From the IMG/VR virus record IMGVR_UViG_3300027836_000007, positions 1-64,000 of that record: a DNA stretch of 64,000 nucleotides. One strand, written 5' to 3'. A model generated the notes under the pieces. That model was not told the DNA's origin, searched no databases, and saw only the letters and a list, made by a program, of their open reading frames with translations. Positions 46,636-55,958 of this stretch are shown here, piece after piece. Origin of the DNA: a virus. Within the stretch, counting starts at the first letter, position 1. Every line of letters starts with the position of its first letter. The position numbers were made by a program, and so were the translations under genes.

Positions 46636-47427
46636 TTAGCCAATTACAAATGTCATCGGGGTTCCGCCTGACACATATTCAACCAATTCTTTGTCCATTG
46701 CAGCCAATTCTTCTTTGCCGGCTGACAATAATGCTGTGCCGTTAAGGGTAATAGGACTTCCTGGACCAGCGATAGATCCAAACTTGCTACGTGCTTCACC
46801 TAGCATCATTTTAGCTACTGCTAGAGTATAATCTTTCAACCATTGCCCTGAATAAATGTCTTGCAGTAATACAAAATCAGGACGGTAGTTGTGTGTGCGA
46901 ATTAATACTTGTTCGCCTTCAGCAAAAGGACGTTGTAGTATTGTTAGTGTGTGATTACTTTGACGCCATTTAAATTCAATGTATGCGCCAAACATACGTC
47001 CTACTAATTTTTGATATCCGCTAAACAATTCGTATGTTGCTAGTCCACCCATCATACTTCCGCTCAACAAATAGCTGTTGGTATAAGCCAAGTTGAATGG
47101 TTCAAAAAGGGTACCGCCTGCCCCTAACCCACTTCTACTTCCTATTGCTCTTCTAAAAATACTCTGCACTTCTATTACTTCATTGGGCAAGCGGTACTCG
47201 TTTTGATCTTTAATTAATTCTAAAAACATGTAACTTTCTTCTACACTCGCTGAACTACGTTGTCTAAAACGTGCGATAGCACGATCTAAAGCAGTTTCAT
47301 AGTGCTTTGGATCTAGTTCAACTTCGACCATGCCGTCCGCCAGCATTGTACGCACATAATCAAACACTTTATTGCGTTCGATTGTGCTATCTGACAGTCC
47401 GGGATCGGTTGGGTAAGTATCTGACAT
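46636..47427 (-). CDS. gp13: Neck protein (gp13-like)
   Basis: VEVELD, WLKDYTLA, ARSKF...GPG...LNG; GGAG RBS before 47427. Confidence 0.75.
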   Translation of the reverse strand: MSDTYPTDPGLSDSTIERNKVFDYVRTMLADGMVEVELDPKHYETALDRAIARFRQRSSASVEESYMFLELIKDQNEYRLPNEVIEVQSIFRRAIGSRSGLGAGGTLFEPFNLAYTNSYLLSGSMMGGLATYELFSGYQKLVGRMFGAYIEFKWRQSNHTLTILQRPFAEGEQVLIRTHNYRPDFVLLQDIYSGQWLKDYTLAVAKMMLGEARSKFGSIAGPGSPITLNGTALLSAGKEELAAMDKELVEYVSGGTPMTFVIG

Positions 47428-47469
47428 AATAAGTTCTCCACTCATATTTATCTTACGATAAATATCACT

Positions 47470-48882
47470 ATGCCAAGAATATCATTATACCGACCAGAAA
47501 AAAGCAACGATTACAAGTTCATTGACCGCCAAGTTTCAGAGATGTTTCAAGCGGGTGGAACTGACGTTTATATACACAAATACCTGGGCCCTAAGCTGGC
47601 TACAGAGGGTACTGCTGACCAACCTATCTATAATGCGGTTAAAGAAACTAACATTCAAGATTTGCTGTTCTTAGAAAACCGCGATAGAAAATACGCTGAA
47701 GAAATTTACCGTATTCGTGGATTATATAATGTACAAAACATAGATTTTAACCTAAGTCAATTTGGTTTGTTTATTGACCAAGGCACATTGTACATGACTG
47801 TACATATTAACGATTTTATCAAACATCTTGGACGTAAACCTATTAGTGGTGATGTTATCGAATTGCCTCATCTACGTGATGATTTTGCTCTTAACGATTA
47901 CGATATCAGTTTGCCACGTTACTATGTTATTGAAGATGTGGGCCGTGCTAGCGAAGGATTTAGTGTTACTTGGTTCCCGCATTTGTACAGATTAAAACTT
48001 AACAAGATTACTGATAGTCAGCAGTTTGCTGACATATTAGACAAGCCTGCTAAAGATGCTAACGGTGATAGTTCTAATCAAACATTGCGCGAATTACTCA
48101 GTACTCACAGTAAAGAGCTGGAAATCAACGATGCTATTTTACAGCAAGCAGAAGCAGACGCTGGACAAAGTGGTTACGAAACTAGACAATTTTATACTCT
48201 AGCAGTTGATCCAACTACTGGCAAGCCAGTGCTTAATACTTCAGACACTTCCACGTTAGACGCTAGTATCACTAGCATTACTGCTCTTGAAAGTAACGCT
48301 CGTCCACAACGTACTGGCTACACTGGCTACTTGGTAGCTGACGGATTTCCTAGCAACGGTTATGACTTTGGACACGGAATTCAATTTCCAGAAAACCCAG
48401 GCCCGGATGATTTCTTCTTGCGTACTGATTACTTGCCTAACAGATTATACAGATTTGACAGCACACGTTGGGTTAAAGTTGAAGATAATGTACGCATGAC
48501 AATGACCAATACTGATACTCGTGCTACGCAGAAAACTGGATTTATTAATAATTCAACTTACATTTATAACGAGGCAGTAGTACAAGATTGGATCCAGCTT
48601 GCTGTTGGTGCCACAACAATTACAACCACTATCGATTATCCGCAGACAGCAGTATATCTAGTGTTGAAATTAGAAACTACAGAAATTGCCTTTACAATAG
48701 CAGACCACACTGGCATTGTTACCGATAACGGGTCTGGTAAAATATTAGTAACATTACCAATTATTGCCGCTGAGCAACAAGCAATTCCTTATGCGGGTAC
48801 ATGGAAATTAAGTCTATGTAATAATCGTGAAGCGCAAAGACAAAGTTTATCGAAAGCTCTTAGACCAAAGGCAGATTTATAA
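47470..48882 (+). CDS. gp14: Neck/head closure protein (gp14-like)
   Basis: LSQFGLFI, GDVIELP; divergent from gp13. Confidence 0.6.
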   Translation: MPRISLYRPEKSNDYKFIDRQVSEMFQAGGTDVYIHKYLGPKLATEGTADQPIYNAVKETNIQDLLFLENRDRKYAEEIYRIRGLYNVQNIDFNLSQFGLFIDQGTLYMTVHINDFIKHLGRKPISGDVIELPHLRDDFALNDYDISLPRYYVIEDVGRASEGFSVTWFPHLYRLKLNKITDSQQFADILDKPAKDANGDSSNQTLRELLSTHSKELEINDAILQQAEADAGQSGYETRQFYTLAVDPTTGKPVLNTSDTSTLDASITSITALESNARPQRTGYTGYLVADGFPSNGYDFGHGIQFPENPGPDDFFLRTDYLPNRLYRFDSTRWVKVEDNVRMTMTNTDTRATQKTGFINNSTYIYNEAVVQDWIQLAVGATTITTTIDYPQTAVYLVLKLETTEIAFTIADHTGIVTDNGSGKILVTLPIIAAEQQAIPYAGTWKLSLCNNREAQRQSLSKALRPKADL

Positions 48883-50342
48883 TGCAACATTTTTACGATG
48901 GACAAATAAGAAGATATCTCACACAAACTATTCGTGTGTTTAGTAATTTTGTTGTCAAATACGGTGATGGAACACTTGTGCGTGTACCTGTTATGTACGG
49001 CGATGCCGATAAACAAGCCGCTACTGTTGTACGTCAAAACTCAGAAAATAAAATTAACTCAGTACCTAAAATTGCTGTTTATATTTCTGGCCTGGCAATG
49101 GACACTACTAGACTAAGCGATTCAACTTATGTAGGTAAGGTACATGTGCGTGAACGTGATATTAACGGTGATGTTTACACTACTGGACAAGGTAAGAATT
49201 ATACTGTTGAACGTATGATGCCTACTCCGTTCAAACTTACAATTAAAGTAGACATATGGACGGCCAACACTGACCAAAAATTACAACTACTTGAACAGAT
49301 TTTAGTGTTGTTTAATCCAAGTTTAGAACTACAAACAACAGACAACTATATCGACTGGACTAGTTTAAGTGTTCTTAACTTAACCGGAGTTAATTGGTCA
49401 AGTAGACAAGTTCCAGTGGGAACAACTGACGCCATTGACATTGCTTCACTGACTCTCGAAACTCCAATTTGGATTAGTCCGCCAGTTAAAGTTAAACACC
49501 TTGGTGTTATTACAAAAATTATTACCAGCTTGTATCAAGGATCTAGCACAGATTCTACCTACATTGACGGATTAGGTCAACCGTTAACAAATCCAGATGT
49601 AACACTGTCTTCATTGTTGGCACAAGATGTTGTCACTATTACAGATTACAACATACAAGTGTACAACGGGCAAGCAATTTTATTAGCAAAAACTGAAAGC
49701 AGTGTTCCTAGAGAACCTACATTAGATATTCCTGTACGTCAAGGTACACCAATTCAATGGCAAGATGTATTCGATGTATATCCTGGCAAATACACTGCCG
49801 GGTCCAGCGCATTGTATCTAACACAGCCTAACGGGGTTGAAGTAGTAGGAACTGTTGCTATCAGCCCGTTAGATCCAACACTACTTACTGTGGCGTGGGA
49901 TAGTGACACTATTCCAAGTGATACACTAATTGATAGCCAAGGACGATTAGATAATCATCCAGACTATGGAGATGGTGTACAACATCGCAGTGGCAGTCCA
50001 GGAACATTTGATGCTATTGTTAATCCGCTTACATATAACCCAGCAACTCCAGATGCTGGTACTAGGTTGCTAATTGTAGAAGATATTGGCAGCGCAAATA
50101 ATAGCGTACCAGCTGCCGCTTGGGGTACGTTAGTTGCTAATGCTAACGATATTATTGAGTGGACTGGCACTGAATGGAATGTAGTGTTTAATTCTGTTCA
50201 AGAAACCAGCACTATGGTGTGGCAAACTAATATATACAAGAGCCAAGCAAACTTTAGAGTACAGTATGTCTGGAATGGCGTACAGTGGGCTAAGAGCTTT
50301 GAAGGCGAATATAGGGTAGGCGAATGGAGACTAGAGCTTTAA
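48882..50342 (+). CDS. gp15: Tail terminator / sheath stabiliser (gp15-like)
   Basis: HFYDGQIRRY, VPVMYG, PTPF, QLLEQILVLFNP. Confidence 0.75.
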   Translation: MQHFYDGQIRRYLTQTIRVFSNFVVKYGDGTLVRVPVMYGDADKQAATVVRQNSENKINSVPKIAVYISGLAMDTTRLSDSTYVGKVHVRERDINGDVYTTGQGKNYTVERMMPTPFKLTIKVDIWTANTDQKLQLLEQILVLFNPSLELQTTDNYIDWTSLSVLNLTGVNWSSRQVPVGTTDAIDIASLTLETPIWISPPVKVKHLGVITKIITSLYQGSSTDSTYIDGLGQPLTNPDVTLSSLLAQDVVTITDYNIQVYNGQAILLAKTESSVPREPTLDIPVRQGTPIQWQDVFDVYPGKYTAGSSALYLTQPNGVEVVGTVAISPLDPTLLTVAWDSDTIPSDTLIDSQGRLDNHPDYGDGVQHRSGSPGTFDAIVNPLTYNPATPDAGTRLLIVEDIGSANNSVPAAAWGTLVANANDIIEWTGTEWNVVFNSVQETSTMVWQTNIYKSQANFRVQYVWNGVQWAKSFEGEYRVGEWRLEL

Positions 50343-50773
50343 CAGATAGAATAGTATGTAGCGGAGCATTGTTCTACGCCAAGTCTACACGAAGATTTCT
50401 ACTGTTACAAAAAGCTCATGGTAAACATACTGGCACGTGGGGATTAGTTGGGGGTACAAACTTACAACACGAAAATCCATGGCAAGGTCTACAGCGTGAA
50501 GTCCAAGAAGAAATTGGATCTATGCCCGCAGTAATTAAAACAATTCCATTAGAAACATTTGTGTCTAACGATAAAATCTTTAATTTTCACACATACTTGT
50601 GTGTAATACAAGATGAATTTATTCCTGTATTAAGCGATGAACATTGTGCGTGGGCATGGTCAACTATTGATTATGCGCCAAAGCCCTTACATCAGGGACT
50701 GCGTAACAGCTTTTCAAACAAAACAATTCGTACTAAATTACAAACTGTATTTGATATAGTGGAGTTAATCTAA
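50324..50773 (+). CDS. NUDIX hydrolase
   Basis: Nudix box GGTNLQHENPWQGLQREVQEEIG. Confidence 0.88.
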   Translation: METRALTDRIVCSGALFYAKSTRRFLLLQKAHGKHTGTWGLVGGTNLQHENPWQGLQREVQEEIGSMPAVIKTIPLETFVSNDKIFNFHTYLCVIQDEFIPVLSDEHCAWAWSTIDYAPKPLHQGLRNSFSNKTIRTKLQTVFDIVELI

Positions 50774-51345
50774 TGATTAAAAAAGCAGAATGTTGGATAT
50801 TTCCGACCATTATAAATGTTTATAATTTGTTAGATGTGGTCGATCTAACAGAAGTTAACGAAAAAATTGAAGAAACTGAAGTAGTTAACACTTATCATAA
50901 GTTGTTTAATGGCAAGGGTTTAAGAAGTAACTCTTCTCAGTTTTTGGATTCAAACGCAACTCTCAAGAATGCTATTCAGGAATGTATAGATCTGTATGCT
51001 GATCAACTAGGACTATATCCGTGTAAACTAACCTATAGTTGGTGTAACATATATAGAGACGGCAGTACAATAAAGCCTCATCGACATGAACTCAGTTTAG
51101 TAAGCGGAGTATTTTATAGTAAAACCGATGATGATTCAGGGCAACTGGTGTTTGATAACCCATGTCAGCCTTTTAAAGTCAATGAAATTTCTACGAGATT
51201 AACTGAATACAACAGACAAGCATTTAACTTTGAAATTTCACCTGGAGATTTAATATTATTTCCCAGTTGGATGATGCATTATACTGAAAATAATTTTTCT
51301 AATCAACGATACGTGGTTAGTTTTGACACAGGATTAAAACAATGA
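50773..51345 (+). CDS. 2OG-Fe(II) oxygenase-like (TIGR02466 type)
   Basis: WCN...HRH...SGVFY...LFPSWMMH...R. Confidence 0.8.
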   Translation: MIKKAECWIFPTIINVYNLLDVVDLTEVNEKIEETEVVNTYHKLFNGKGLRSNSSQFLDSNATLKNAIQECIDLYADQLGLYPCKLTYSWCNIYRDGSTIKPHRHELSLVSGVFYSKTDDDSGQLVFDNPCQPFKVNEISTRLTEYNRQAFNFEISPGDLILFPSWMMHYTENNFSNQRYVVSFDTGLKQ

Positions 51346-51929
51346 GCTGGTTTATAAAAGATTTAAATTATACAAATGAGCCGTTTGCATACGCAACGGG
51401 TGTTCTTACAGATGATGAAATAAAATTAGTAGAAATATTGGCTAGCAAAAGTACTATGCAAGGAGATGGCGCTTTAGAAGGCGGTATTTCTGACGAGGCA
51501 ATACGTAAAAATAAAATTTCCTGGCTTGAAGTCTGTGAAGAGTCTAAAGACCTTTACATAAAAATATCAAATGTTGTTCAGCAGCTAAATGAAAGATTTT
51601 ATAGATACGATTTAACAGAAATGGAAAATTTACAGTATGCCGAATATCACTCAGATACACTAGGGCATTACACAACACACAGCGATGACGGTTACAAATA
51701 TAATCTTTTTAGAAAATTAAGTCTAAGTATTCAACTGTCGGATGAATCGGAGTATCAAGGCGGCGAATTAGTATTCCATCGATTTTCAACAAACCATCCA
51801 GAAGCCGCGCCTAAAACCAAAGGAACACTAATTCTGTTCCCTAGTTATGTACTACATGAAGTAACTCCTGTAACAGAAGGCGTAAGAAAAAGTTTAGTTT
51901 CGTGGGTAGTAGGGCCAAGATTTAAATGA
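51342..51929 (+). CDS. 2OG-Fe(II) oxygenase (PKHD/prolyl-hydroxylase type)
   Basis: HSD...RKLS...GGEL...HEVTPV...RKS. Confidence 0.88.
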   Translation: MSWFIKDLNYTNEPFAYATGVLTDDEIKLVEILASKSTMQGDGALEGGISDEAIRKNKISWLEVCEESKDLYIKISNVVQQLNERFYRYDLTEMENLQYAEYHSDTLGHYTTHSDDGYKYNLFRKLSLSIQLSDESEYQGGELVFHRFSTNHPEAAPKTKGTLILFPSYVLHEVTPVTEGVRKSLVSWVVGPRFK

Positions 51930-52552
51930 GATATTATATTGATACACTGTTTCCAACTTCGGTATATTATTCAGACCTTAACTGTATGGATAAACTGTTT
52001 GACTATGAACTCGATGTCTTTAAAATTTTTAAAGATATTGAAAACGATCCGCATCCGTTTGGCGAAAGTAGTTTAAGCACTTCCTTTTGGCACACTGAAC
52101 ACGGACACTTATACAACGATAGCAGATTTTCTGAGTTATCTTCAACTATACGTAAACAGGCAGTGTTATTCTGTGAAGCTTTGGGATATACTTCTTTAAA
52201 AGAAAATCAGTTAGTGTTCACAAACATGTGGGCAAACTTAATTGGACCTTACGATTATCATGCCCAACATATTCATAGTACTACTGGTAATGCTGCCATT
52301 AGTGGCGTATTTTATGTAGATTCCCCGCCTGGCGCAAAAATAAGTTTTGGTTCGCCTTATAGAGATTCCTACGAACCATTTAAGCCGTGGATTGATAATC
52401 CAGCAAATTTTTCTAAAGTATCATATGATTGTGTTCCTGGAAGATTAGTTATGTTTAAGTCTAATGTTTATCACGGTTATGATAGTCATCGTCAAGAAAA
52501 AAACAAAATAAGTATTCCATTTAATTTATCAATTATACCATATGCCGGTTGA
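51926..52552 (+). CDS. 2OG-Fe(II) oxygenase-like (TIGR02466 type)
   Basis: WAN...HIH...SGVFY...FKSNVYH. Confidence 0.78.
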   Translation: MRYYIDTLFPTSVYYSDLNCMDKLFDYELDVFKIFKDIENDPHPFGESSLSTSFWHTEHGHLYNDSRFSELSSTIRKQAVLFCEALGYTSLKENQLVFTNMWANLIGPYDYHAQHIHSTTGNAAISGVFYVDSPPGAKISFGSPYRDSYEPFKPWIDNPANFSKVSYDCVPGRLVMFKSNVYHGYDSHRQEKNKISIPFNLSIIPYAG

Positions 52553-53117
52553 ATATTTTTTTCCTACTCCTATATACTATTCTTTTGTAAAGAATTTAGA
52601 ATCGATTCACTGCGAAGTTGATTCTCATCTTGCGTCAGTTAAAGATATTGACTTGATAAATCCCTGGGGAGATACCGTACAAACGACATTTAAGTACAGA
52701 CAGCATAATCGTGTTTTAGATAATATGCCTACTCTGCTATCAGAAATTAAAGAAAATTGTCAAAATTTTTTAGAGACAATGAACCATCAAGTTGATAGCG
52801 TTGATATCGAACAATCGTGGTGTAATATTTCAAACAGAGATTCATTTCAACATTTTCATATACACGGAGCTATGGATTTGTCAGGTGTGTATTACCATCA
52901 GACTACAAGTAACGACGGGGACATTGTTTTTAGAAACCCGTCGCTAGTAAATAGATTTCATAAATTAACATATAATATTAACAATTCTGTCAACTATAAA
53001 CCAGAAGTTGGTAAAATTATATTATTTCCTAGTTTTTTAGAACATGCTGTATTTCATAATACTTCAGACGATAAACGAATTAGTATATCATTTAATATAA
53101 ACGTAAATTTAAAATGA
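52542..53117 (+). CDS. 2OG-Fe(II) oxygenase-like (TIGR02466 type)
   Basis: WCN...HIH...SGVYY...FPSFLEH...RISISFN. Confidence 0.8.
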   Translation: MPVEYFFPTPIYYSFVKNLESIHCEVDSHLASVKDIDLINPWGDTVQTTFKYRQHNRVLDNMPTLLSEIKENCQNFLETMNHQVDSVDIEQSWCNISNRDSFQHFHIHGAMDLSGVYYHQTTSNDGDIVFRNPSLVNRFHKLTYNINNSVNYKPEVGKIILFPSFLEHAVFHNTSDDKRISISFNINVNLK

Positions 53118-53734
53118 AAGAAAATTACAAAATTTTACGAAATTTCTTTAAAAAAGAAAAATGTTTAGAGATGACTACTAAACTTAGTAATTTATTACAA
53201 CGAGGAATTTATAGAAATCCAGATTCGTTATGTACTTTGAGTCCTGCGTTCTACGGAATATTTAATGACGAGATGATAGAAATTCAAAAAAATATCGAAA
53301 CACTAGTAGGAGAAGAATTATATCCATGCTATTCGTATGCTAGAATATATCAAAAACACGATATCCTCCCGCCACATACTGACAGACCAAGTTGTGAAAT
53401 TAGCCTTACCGTAACTTTAAATTATGAAAAACATACATGGCCAATTTGGTTGATAGATCAGGGACAAGTTACAAGTATTGAACTAGATATTGGGGATATG
53501 TTACTGTATAAAGGAACAGAAGTCATGCATTTTAGACACCCCATGCAAGGACAAGAGTTTCAATATCAAGTGTTTTTTCACTACGTTAAAAAACAAGGCA
53601 ATTACGCAAATTACAAATACGACTTGAATACAAGTTTACTATCAAACTTAGAAGCAGAAGAACAAAATTTCCCAGAATGGACTGATGATCAGCCGGACCG
53701 GATCATAAATAGAGACGATAAGGATACAAATTAA
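53114..53734 (+). CDS. 2OG-Fe(II) oxygenase-like
   Basis: YARIY...HTDRPSCEIS...GD...HFR...QVFFHY. Confidence 0.78.
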   Translation: MKENYKILRNFFKKEKCLEMTTKLSNLLQRGIYRNPDSLCTLSPAFYGIFNDEMIEIQKNIETLVGEELYPCYSYARIYQKHDILPPHTDRPSCEISLTVTLNYEKHTWPIWLIDQGQVTSIELDIGDMLLYKGTEVMHFRHPMQGQEFQYQVFFHYVKKQGNYANYKYDLNTSLLSNLEAEEQNFPEWTDDQPDRIINRDDKDTN

Positions 53735-53735
53735 T

Positions 53736-54341
53736 ATGAATACCAAACCATCTGAAATATTTTATTTAGAAGATGTACTAAGACAAAATACGTTTGACAA
53801 CATTGTTGCCGAATTAAAAAAACCAATCTGGCAATACGGTAGAGTTACTAATCCCGATCTGTGGGACGAGGATACAACAGTATTTTGGCAAGCCGATTTA
53901 AGTCTAAATACCCTAGTAGGGGAACAAGCATTTTATGAAATTATTGATAAATTGAACCAAATTGACTCTACTACACAGAATTACCAGTTTAAACTTTATA
54001 GTGCTATTGCTGGCGGTAAAACATTCGGGTTAGATGGCGGAATTCATACTGATAAAGACGTAGAATTTAACAACATGGGCGACGGATTCATGACCTTTTG
54101 TTTTTTCCCAAACAGAGAATGGAATCCAGAATGGGGCGGCGAGTTTCAGTTCTTTGATCAGGAAGGAAATATAATTGCAACATACTATCCTAAGCCAAAC
54201 ACATGTTTAGTATTTGATAGTAACATTCCGCACAGAGGGCTTGCACCTAATAGAGATTGTAAAAAGCTCAGGATGTACCTTTCTTTCAAAACATTTGTGA
54301 GTAAAAAATGGTACTTGGACCAAAATAACAATGATTCTTAA
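53736..54341 (+). CDS. 2OG-Fe(II) oxygenase (prolyl-hydroxylase type)
   Basis: HTD...WGGE...FDSNIPH...R. Confidence 0.8.
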   Translation: MNTKPSEIFYLEDVLRQNTFDNIVAELKKPIWQYGRVTNPDLWDEDTTVFWQADLSLNTLVGEQAFYEIIDKLNQIDSTTQNYQFKLYSAIAGGKTFGLDGGIHTDKDVEFNNMGDGFMTFCFFPNREWNPEWGGEFQFFDQEGNIIATYYPKPNTCLVFDSNIPHRGLAPNRDCKKLRMYLSFKTFVSKKWYLDQNNNDS

Positions 54342-55050
54342 TTTATTTTCATTACCGATATATAAAGTTAATATTTTAGATCAAATTGATACTGGTAATC
54401 TTGAAGAAAAGTTACAGTCTGAATTTGCTCGATCTTCTTCTGACCCAAGTGGTCTAGAAAAAAATGGCGGAGTAAGCACTTACGATACTAATTGTAATTT
54501 ACATTTGGAAGAATATACAAAAACAATATCAAATATTGTGTTACAACATGCTAGATTATATTGGAAAGTATTAGATGTTGATCCTAGATTAGAACCTAGG
54601 ATCGATCAGTGCTGGTCAAATATACATTATAATAAAAGCATTACTATAGAACATTCTCATAGTTTATATCCTATTGTTGCTACCCTATATGTAAAATCTG
54701 AAAAACATTCAGGAGATTTAGTAATGATAAATCCAATGGAGTATGGGCTAACTCATATTCCGTACGGAGTTGCTATTGAAAATAAAACAGAAACTTCTAT
54801 TAAAGTTTCGACGGGAGATTTAGTATTGTTTCCAGGGTGGATTAGACATAAGACAACAGAAAATCTTTCAGATCAATCTAGAATTGTATTAAGTTTTAAT
54901 ATTCATTACCAAGGAACATATCTTGCGTCAAACAGTGACTATCTTGTGGATCATACGGTACATACTAGCGAAATTGATCAGTTACAGAATAAAATTCTAA
55001 AATTAGAATTTATCATAGATCATATGCAACGGAGTTTAAAAAATGATTAA
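54331..55050 (+). CDS. 2OG-Fe(II) oxygenase-like (TIGR02466 type) with C-terminal coiled coil
   Basis: WSN...HSH...FPGWIRH...RIVLSFN. Confidence 0.78.
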   Translation: MILNLFSLPIYKVNILDQIDTGNLEEKLQSEFARSSSDPSGLEKNGGVSTYDTNCNLHLEEYTKTISNIVLQHARLYWKVLDVDPRLEPRIDQCWSNIHYNKSITIEHSHSLYPIVATLYVKSEKHSGDLVMINPMEYGLTHIPYGVAIENKTETSIKVSTGDLVLFPGWIRHKTTENLSDQSRIVLSFNIHYQGTYLASNSDYLVDHTVHTSEIDQLQNKILKLEFIIDHMQRSLKND

Positions 55051-55267
55051 AAAACCAAGAAGAATGCATTTAAATGAAAAAATACTACGTGTTCCTACGA
55101 AACTTTATGAAGAGCGACTAGCAATTTGTAAAACTTGTTACGCCTTCGATGCCGCTGGAGAAACAGGAGGTACTTGTAAAATTATAAATGTGCCTGTTAC
55201 AGCTAAATGCGCTTTAAAATCTGGTTCTTGTCCGATGGGATTCTGGTCGTCTAATTATGACAATTAA
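55043..55267 (+). CDS. Small Cys-rich protein
   Basis: RLAICKTC...C...C...CPMGFW. Confidence 0.7.
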   Translation: MIKKPRRMHLNEKILRVPTKLYEERLAICKTCYAFDAAGETGGTCKIINVPVTAKCALKSGSCPMGFWSSNYDN

Positions 55268-55958
55268 AATTGGTTACTGTCCTTGGTTTGAAAAAAATAA
55301 TCGAACTACAAATACTGCTCTTAACTATTATGGCTGGGCAGATTTGGCTTACTTTGATTTAGAACCGCTAGATACTTGGGAAAATTCAACAGCAAGGTAT
55401 CATCAGTGTCCTGCGTTTGTAAAATATGTAAAAAATACATTTGTATTAAGAAATACAGTAGATTTAGTATTGCACTGGGACAAATATAACCAAGTAGTAA
55501 GCACAAATTTACCCAAGGATGCGGCCGATGCGTTGGTAAGAACTCACTGGGGAGATTTTGATACTGACAAAGATCGCCCAATTGTTGCAATTAGTAATAG
55601 TTTTGTGTTTGTTGCAGATCAGCCAGTCTATGTCGAATTCTTACCTCCGTTTAATCATATTGATCATTCGTGGAGATTAATTCCCGGAATGTTTAATATC
55701 TTTTCGTGGCAACGGCCTGTAGTAACTACTATTGAAATGTTAACAGACGAAGTTATTCTAAAACGTGGTCAGCCCATGGCTTATATTAGATTTAGATCTG
55801 ACAACCCAAGTGATAAGTTTGTTTTGAAAAAAATAGAACGTACTGAACAACTAGAACATGCTGTAAACAGTTGTCTCACATTAAAACAATATATGCCAAA
55901 ATTAAGTTGGAAAATACATAACGCTATTAATAAGTTAAGGCCTAAAAAATGGCTGTGA
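55257..55958 (+). CDS. Hypothetical protein (CP motif; probable paralog of 61138-61899)
   Basis: QCPAF...IPG...LKRGQPM. Confidence 0.7.
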   Translation: MTIKIGYCPWFEKNNRTTNTALNYYGWADLAYFDLEPLDTWENSTARYHQCPAFVKYVKNTFVLRNTVDLVLHWDKYNQVVSTNLPKDAADALVRTHWGDFDTDKDRPIVAISNSFVFVADQPVYVEFLPPFNHIDHSWRLIPGMFNIFSWQRPVVTTIEMLTDEVILKRGQPMAYIRFRSDNPSDKFVLKKIERTEQLEHAVNSCLTLKQYMPKLSWKIHNAINKLRPKKWL

